From NCBI GenBank assembly GCA_964580115.1, contig CAZOJG010000012.1, positions 12,310 to 76,309 on the forward strand: a stretch of 64,000 nucleotides of DNA, given 5' to 3'. Shown here piece by piece: positions 59,000 through 64,000 of this stretch (the first letter of the stretch is position 1; every line of letters starts with the position of its first letter). Below the pieces are notes generated by a model that did not search any database, was not told where the DNA came from, and saw only the letters and a program-made list of their open reading frames with translations. The position numbers and the translations under genes are program-made. This stretch comes from an uncultured Rhizobium sp. GTDB taxonomy: Bacteria; Pseudomonadota; Alphaproteobacteria; Micropepsales; Micropepsaceae.

Positions 59000-59464
59000 A
59001 TGGAAATTATTGATCTGCTCTCGCCCAATGCGGTTAGTGCTACGCTCAAAACGCAAAGCAAAAAGCAACTGCTGCAGGAATTGGCGCAGCGCGTCTCTCC
59101 CATAGCGGGGGTGCCCGAACGGCGTATCTTTGAAACTTTGGTCGAACGTGAACGTCTGGGCACAACCGGCGTGGGGCAGGGCATTGCCATACCCCATGGC
59201 CGCCTCTCGGGCATTCACAAAATCGTCGGCTTCTTCGCCCGTCTGGAAACACCCATTGATTACGACGCGGTCGATAAACAGCCGGTCGATCTCATCTTCC
59301 TTCTGCTCGCGCCTGAACAAGCTGGCGCAGATCATCTCAAAGCACTGGCCCGCGTCTCGCGCCTGATGCGCAATCAAACCATCTGCGAAAAATTGCGCAC
59401 AGCCACACAGCCCGAAGCGCTCTTTGCCCTGCTCACCGCGCCGGTCCTGACACAGGCGGCTTAA
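59000..59464 (+). CDS. ptsN: Nitrogen-related PTS EIIA protein PtsN
   Basis: It has a PTS_EIIA_2 domain with the phosphorylatable His context GIAIPHGR. Confidence 0.92.
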   Translation: MEIIDLLSPNAVSATLKTQSKKQLLQELAQRVSPIAGVPERRIFETLVERERLGTTGVGQGIAIPHGRLSGIHKIVGFFARLETPIDYDAVDKQPVDLIFLLLAPEQAGADHLKALARVSRLMRNQTICEKLRTATQPEALFALLTAPVLTQAA

Positions 59465-59499
59465 AGGCAGATAAGCCTGACAGATTACCCAATTAAAAA

Positions 59500-59531
59500 G
59501 GCCCGGTCGCTGACGCCACCGGGCCTTTTTT
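59500..59531. terminator. Bidirectional intrinsic terminator between ptsN and the hsp20-DUF1150 operon
   Basis: aaaaa-GGCCCGGT-cgctgacgcc-ACCGGGCC-tttttt: an 8-bp GC stem flanked by an A-run and a T-run. Confidence 0.8.
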
Positions 59532-59587
59532 CTGAGCCGCATTTGGGGGGAAATGCGCTGAGCTAAAATTGTTCACAACGCGCTCAG

Positions 59588-59884
59588 CTAATGCACGCTA
59601 AGCGGCGTCATCTCATTCTGCACCGCGGCGCCATAGGCGCTCTCCCAGCCATCGGTAAAGCCGAGCACCGCACCATCCACGCTATGCAGCACATAAAGCA
59701 TCGTCGCCTGCGGAAGGGTGATCCCCGGCGGCACAATGCCAAGCCGTTTTGCCTCTTCCAGCACAATCGGTTTGATATAGGTCAGACGCTCGCCCATATT
59801 CTGCGCGTCGTCTTCCACGTCATCCAGTTCCCATCTTTCGGCCATATCAGCCTCCTTTGGGCGTCCCGTCAGCGGCAACGCCAC
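59588..59884 (-). CDS. DUF1150-family protein
   Basis: 98 aa (..LTYIKPI..LYVLHSVDGAVLGFTD..) immediately downstream of hsp20. This is a pairing typical of alphaproteobacteria. Confidence 0.8.
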   Translation of the reverse strand: MALPLTGRPKEADMAERWELDDVEDDAQNMGERLTYIKPIVLEEAKRLGIVPPGITLPQATMLYVLHSVDGAVLGFTDGWESAYGAAVQNEMTPLSVH

Positions 59885-59904
59885 TCTATGGATGTGGGGG
59901 GCGT

Positions 59905-60306
59905 CTAGTGAATTTCAATAGTCCGTATCTTCGTTTCCGGAACATGGCGGCTAAGTTCAATCATCAGCAAGCCATTTTCCACTTTGGCAGACACAACCTC
60001 GATCCCGTCCGCCAGCACGAAACTGCGCTGAAACTGCCGGGCCGCAATGCCCCGATGCAGAAAGGTCTTATCGCCATTGTCATTTTGTTTACCGCGAATG
60101 ACCAACTGATTGTCTTCCACGGTGATCGCCAGTTCTGCGCGTCCAAAGCCAGCCACAGCCAGCGTTATGCGCAACCGCGTATCGGATAATTCTTCAATAT
60201 TGTAAGGGGGGTAGGCATCTGCTGCTTTGGCGGTGCGCTCCAAAAGGCGCTCCAGATGATCAAAGCCCAGCAAAAAAGGGCTGTTGAAATATAAATTTCG
60301 GGTCAT
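59905..60306 (-). CDS. Small heat-shock protein, Hsp20/alpha-crystallin family
   Basis: It has PPYNIE.., ..FLHRGIAARQFQRSFVLADGIEV..A..ENGLL.I.L. I prefer the ATG at 60306 (MTRNLYF..). Confidence 0.9.
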   Translation of the reverse strand: MTRNLYFNSPFLLGFDHLERLLERTAKAADAYPPYNIEELSDTRLRITLAVAGFGRAELAITVEDNQLVIRGKQNDNGDKTFLHRGIAARQFQRSFVLADGIEVVSAKVENGLLMIELSRHVPETKIRTIEIH

Positions 60307-60371
60307 TGGCGCAAAGCCCTCCTGGCGCTTTGAACAGTGATGCCCAAAAAGGCGCATCACGTCCCCTCATC

Positions 60372-60398
60372 AGATAGGGGGAACCACCCAAGTTTCAA
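60372..60398 (-). promoter_or_regulatory. Sigma-32 (RpoH)-type heat-shock promoter upstream of hsp20
   Basis: The gene strand reads gTTGAAA-N13-CCCTATCT, against the sigma-32 consensus cTTGAAA-N13-15-CCCCATNT. The -10 element ends about 65 nt upstream of the hsp20 ATG. Confidence 0.45.
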
Positions 60399-60447
60399 CC
60401 CCTCTTATTCAATTGCGGCCCCAGCCCGAACCCGGCAAAAGCAAGCG

Positions 60448-62199
60448 GTGAGCGCGCTGATCTATCTCGACCAGATTTCCCCCAAATCTGCCACATCCTC
60501 TGATGCGGGCAGCGCAGGCCCCCTGCTGCGATTTCACGCCCCGCTGGCCCAAATCACCGCCACCAGCCCTGAAGACGTTGAAACCGCGCTCAGCGCCCTT
60601 CAGGCCCATCTGGGGCGGGGCCATTATGCGGCGGGCTATTTCAGCTATGAGCTGGGCTATCTGCTGGAGCCCCGGCTAAAGCCCCTGCTGCCCCCCCAAT
60701 CGCCCCACAGCCCCCCGCTGCTGTGGTTCGGTATCTTCAGCGCCCCCGACCATCTCCCCGCCGACGCCCCGCCCGCGCTCTCCCCCAACCGGGCCTGGGC
60801 CGGGCCGCTGCACCCCGATTGGGATCAGGCCAGCTATCTCCAGCATTTCGCCAAAGTGCGGGCGCTCATCGCCTCGGGCGACATCTATCAGGCGAATCTC
60901 AGCTTCCGCGCCCGCTTCAACATGCTGGGCGATCCCCTTGCGCTGTATCAAACCCTGCGCCGCACATCCGAAGCGCCCTTCAGCGCCTATATCGATGACG
61001 GCGCGCGCCAGATCCTCAGCCTCTCCCCCGAATTATTTTTCAGCCTCGATGAAACAGGCAAGCTGACCACCAAGCCCATGAAAGGCACCGCCCCCCTCAG
61101 CGAAACAGCGCAAAGCCTCGCCCAAAGCGCCAAAAACCGCGCCGAAAATCTCATGATCGTCGATCTGCTGCGCAATGATCTGGGCCGTATCGCGGAAACC
61201 GGCTCCGTCGCGGTGCAAAACCTCTTTGCGGTGGAAACCTATCCCACACTTCATGCCATGGTCTCCACCATCACCGCCCAGCTTACACCGCAGACCAGTG
61301 TGCAAAAAATCCTGCACGCCCTGTTCCCCTGCGGCTCCGTCACCGGCGCGCCGAAAATCCGCGCCATGGAAATCCTGCGCAATCTGGAAAGTTCTCCCCG
61401 CGGCGTCTATTGCGGCGCGATCGGCTATTTCGCCCCCAATGGCGCGGCGCAATTCAATGTCGCGATCCGCACCCTGACCATTCACAATCAATCAGGTGAA
61501 CTGGGTATCGGTGGCGGCGTGGTATGGGATTCAAGCGGCCCCTCCGAATATGCCGAATGTCTTCTCAAAGCCCGCTATTTTGAAAGCGCGCGCAAAAGCA
61601 TCGAACTGATCGAAACCTTGCGCTGGGATCCGCAAAACAAATTCACCCGCCTGAACCTGCATCTTACCCGGCTGGAAAACAGCGCCAAAAGCTTCGGTAT
61701 AAAATACAACCGCGCGCAGGCGGAAATTCTACTAGCGAATACGGTCCGCGATAAACAAACAGCCCAGCGCGTTAGACTAAGCCTCAATGAACACGGCGCG
61801 CTTACCTGTATCCGCGCCGATCTGGGCGCTGCGCCCACTGCCTGGACCTATGCCATTTCCCCCCATAGCGTCAGCAGTCAGGATCCTTTACTGCGCCACA
61901 AAACCAATTGGCGCGATCTCTATGACAGCGAGGCAGGCCGCCTTGGCTGCGATGAAGCCGTCTTCTGCAATGAACAGGGCCATCTGACCGAAGCCAGCCG
62001 CAGCAATCTCTTCCTCAAATTACAGGACCGCTATCTCACGCCGCCCCTTTCGGCAGGCCTGCTCAATGGCTGCCTGCGTCAGGAGATGCTGGCGCAAGGT
62101 CTCTGCGAAGAACAAAATCTCACCCCCGCCGATCTTGGCAAAGGCGACCTCTTTTTCGGCAATTCCCTGCGCGGGTTAATCCTTGCCCGCCGCATCTGA
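60448..62199 (+). CDS. pabB: Fused aminodeoxychorismate synthase component I / aminodeoxychorismate lyase-like (class IV aminotransferase fold)
   Basis: It has a chorismate-binding domain (PELFF.., KPMKGT, ENLMIVDLLRNDLGR, FPCGSVTGAPK, GVYCGAIGY, GGGVVWDS). An aminotransferase-IV-like C-terminal domain of about 200 aa follows. I prefer the GTG at 60448 because the ORF-track start at 60337 lies inside the hsp20 5' UTR/promoter. Confidence 0.85.
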   Translation: MSALIYLDQISPKSATSSDAGSAGPLLRFHAPLAQITATSPEDVETALSALQAHLGRGHYAAGYFSYELGYLLEPRLKPLLPPQSPHSPPLLWFGIFSAPDHLPADAPPALSPNRAWAGPLHPDWDQASYLQHFAKVRALIASGDIYQANLSFRARFNMLGDPLALYQTLRRTSEAPFSAYIDDGARQILSLSPELFFSLDETGKLTTKPMKGTAPLSETAQSLAQSAKNRAENLMIVDLLRNDLGRIAETGSVAVQNLFAVETYPTLHAMVSTITAQLTPQTSVQKILHALFPCGSVTGAPKIRAMEILRNLESSPRGVYCGAIGYFAPNGAAQFNVAIRTLTIHNQSGELGIGGGVVWDSSGPSEYAECLLKARYFESARKSIELIETLRWDPQNKFTRLNLHLTRLENSAKSFGIKYNRAQAEILLANTVRDKQTAQRVRLSLNEHGALTCIRADLGAAPTAWTYAISPHSVSSQDPLLRHKTNWRDLYDSEAGRLGCDEAVFCNEQGHLTEASRSNLFLKLQDRYLTPPLSAGLLNGCLRQEMLAQGLCEEQNLTPADLGKGDLFFGNSLRGLILARRI

Positions 62200-62559
62200 A
62201 ATAACCGGCGCCTGTTTGGCCAATAAGGCACAGGCCAAAGCCAGGGATTGCGGCATCACCCAGCCCGAAACCTCACGCAATGCGACATGTGCGATATCCG
62301 CCTTGGCCATCATCGGCACCGTGGCCTTGCGGGCGCGCAAGTCCCGCGCCACCGCCTCAGCCGAAAAAGTTTTATCCTCGATCAACACCGCTTCACCCAC
62401 AATCAGCGCCGCCGCATGATCATCAATCGACTCTGTCACATCGTCATAAGGCGTTGAAATACGAAACCGCAGCCAGCGCGGCACCTGCCAGGCCGCAAGC
62501 CCGGCTCCCGCCAATCCCAGAATTCCCAATAAAACCGGTCGCCGCGTGATCTGGTTCAT
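62176..62559 (-). CDS. Small Tat-signal protein, probable small subunit of the adjacent flavoprotein dehydrogenase
   Basis: It has a twin-arginine leader (MNQITRRPVLLGILGLAGAGLAAW). It has an ATGA overlap with the upstream GMC gene. Confidence 0.6.
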   Translation of the reverse strand: MNQITRRPVLLGILGLAGAGLAAWQVPRWLRFRISTPYDDVTESIDDHAAALIVGEAVLIEDKTFSAEAVARDLRARKATVPMMAKADIAHVALREVSGWVMPQSLALACALLAKQAPVISDAAGKD

Positions 62560-64000
62560 GGCGCCACCGCCTTCAAATGGTCCGCCAGCCGCAATGTCAG
62601 CGCCACCAGATTCATGGTCGGGTTCGATGCCCCATAGGTCGGGAATAAAGCGCTCCCCGCGACATAGAGATTACCAATCCCATGCACCCGCCCATCCGCA
62701 TCGGTGACACCCTGTTTCGGGTCTTCATGCATCCGCAACGTGCCCATATGGTGATTGGCCCAATCCAGCCCCTCCAACCATTCGGCCTCACTATGCCGAT
62801 GAATCCGCAACATCCCGGTGCGCGCGGCCAGCATTTGCCGGCCCCATTCTTCCAATACCGTGCGATAACGCGCAAAATCCGCGGCCTTCAGCGCATTCTT
62901 CAACACGACACGCGGCATGCCCAAAGCATCCTTGTCGGCCGCTAGCATAATGCGCCGCTCCGGATCAGGCTCCGGCTCCAATCCGCACCCCACGGAAAAT
63001 GCCTTCATCCCCTGCGAAGACACACCCAGAGCATTGGCCGTGGTCACCACCGCCGCCTGCCCCAAAGCATCCAGCCTGGCCCCGCCATCCACCGTGATCA
63101 GCGCCCCTGTCACCGATTTTGTCCGGCGAAACGCATCGCTGGGCGCAAAGGCCGCGCGAAACCGCGTCCCATCCATGATCTGTGTAGCCAGATAATGCGG
63201 CGCCAGCGCGCCATCGAACACAACCAATGTCGCATTGTCGCCCGGCAGCGGATGATCGGCGAAATACCGCCCCACCAGATCATACTGATTCCCCACGCCC
63301 GGCCGCATCACATCGCGCGACGCCAACATCAGCCGCGCCGATTCAATCGCCCCGGCACAGAGCACCGCACGCTTCGGCTTCACCGCGAAACGCACACCCG
63401 AAAGCGTCGCCACATCAACATGTGAAAGCATTTTCGCATCCCGCGTCAGCCGCAATCCCGTGACATTGGCATGCGTATAGAGCGAAATATTCTGCGCCGT
63501 GGCCAGCTCATCGGCATAGCGCCGCCCGAATTGCGTCGGCAACTGGCTGTCCCGCATTTTCGAGAATTGAAACCACACGGTCTCAACCCCGCCACGGCCC
63601 ACATTCAGCGGCTTCACCGAAAAACGCTGCGCCGCCTGATCATAAATAAACGGCCCGGCCTCCACCAAAGCCTGCGCCCGCGCGAAATAGGGCTCCAGAA
63701 CCGATCGCGCAAAAGGCCAGCCCGAATGCGCCAGCCAGCTTTGCGCCTCAAAATCGATTCGCTCCAAAGGCCGGCACCAGCCCCCCCAATGATTGGTGCC
63801 GCCTCCTAAAAAGCGCATGCGCGATCCATCCAGCGCCAGATAGGGCACGCCATCTTGCGTCCCCTCATATAAAGCCTGTGTCGGCCCATCGAACTCCATC
63901 GCGCCGCTTTCCAGCAGCACAATGCGCAAATCCTGATTCGCGAGCGCCAGCGCCAGCGAAATCCCCGCGGGCCCACCCCCCACAATCAACAGATCGGTTT
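62556..64000 (-). CDS. GMC-family FAD-dependent oxidoreductase (5' end outside the window)
   Basis: The frame stays open to the window edge (..TDLLIVGGGPAGISLALALA, an FAD dinucleotide fold). The C-terminus carries the GMC motifs (HHMGTLRM, NLYVAGSALFPT). Confidence 0.9.
   Translation of the reverse strand, partial: TDLLIVGGGPAGISLALALANQDLRIVLLESGAMEFDGPTQALYEGTQDGVPYLALDGSRMRFLGGGTNHWGGWCRPLERIDFEAQSWLAHSGWPFARSVLEPYFARAQALVEAGPFIYDQAAQRFSVKPLNVGRGGVETVWFQFSKMRDSQLPTQFGRRYADELATAQNISLYTHANVTGLRLTRDAKMLSHVDVATLSGVRFAVKPKRAVLCAGAIESARLMLASRDVMRPGVGNQYDLVGRYFADHPLPGDNATLVVFDGALAPHYLATQIMDGTRFRAAFAPSDAFRRTKSVTGALITVDGGARLDALGQAAVVTTANALGVSSQGMKAFSVGCGLEPEPDPERRIMLAADKDALGMPRVVLKNALKAADFARYRTVLEEWGRQMLAARTGMLRIHRHSEAEWLEGLDWANHHMGTLRMHEDPKQGVTDADGRVHGIGNLYVAGSALFPTYGASNPTMNLVALTLRLADHLKAVAP

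Noticed and set aside
60312-60332. A ROSE-type RNA thermometer in the hsp20 5' UTR.
   Set aside because: In the hairpin I can draw, the Shine-Dalgarno sequence sits in the 9-nt loop rather than paired within a stem with a bulged G. It does not fit the ROSE model, so only a generic structured UTR is claimed.

Overview
This 64-kb window looks like ordinary core chromosome of a GC-rich alphaproteobacterium. That assignment is an inference from gene content: an HWE-type histidine kinase, a PodJ-like polarity protein, a TIGR02186/TauE pair, DUF1150-Hsp20, and kdsD-lptC-lptA-lptB-rpoN-hpf-ptsN synteny. I can support about 65 protein-coding genes and three tRNAs: Lys-CUU, Pro-CGG and Gln-UUG. I also call a few hairpin terminators and some candidate promoter or operator motifs.

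Main blocks, in order:
- leuA 3' end
- the complete elongasome operon mreB-mreC-mreD-mrdA-rodA
- a DUF47/PiT phosphate pair
- scattered fatty-acid genes: two thiolases, two MaoC dehydratases, two PaaI thioesterases, an acyl-CoA synthetase and two alpha/beta hydrolases
- a tightly packed seven-gene string containing a cNMP-binding patatin lipase
- ribF
- ileS-lspA-DUF3035-M16-M16
- mutL, rsmD, a DsbD/ScsB-type reductase, recQ and rnd
- the LPS-transport/sigma-54 cluster
- hsp20-DUF1150
- a fused pabB-pabC
- a GMC flavoprotein with a Tat-signal small subunit (5' end runs off the window)

I found no rRNA, CRISPR array, transposase, integrase, phage gene or recognisable defence system. I cannot honestly point to a convincing novel multi-gene system.

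The items most worth a second look are:
- a near-consensus sigma-54 promoter in front of the operon that encodes sigma-54 itself
- cell-cycle-type motifs (a DnaA box and CtrA-like boxes) upstream of the PodJ-like gene and of an EAL phosphodiesterase gene
- an AT-rich mini-locus with a 53-aa DUF3096-like gene that the ORF track missed, lying divergent from a MarR regulator
- the coupled PaaI-PaaI-AKR-SDR-patatin-methyltransferase-DJ-1 string

All family assignments come from reading the translations, not from searches. The many long antisense ORFs in the track are judged to be GC-driven shadow ORFs.
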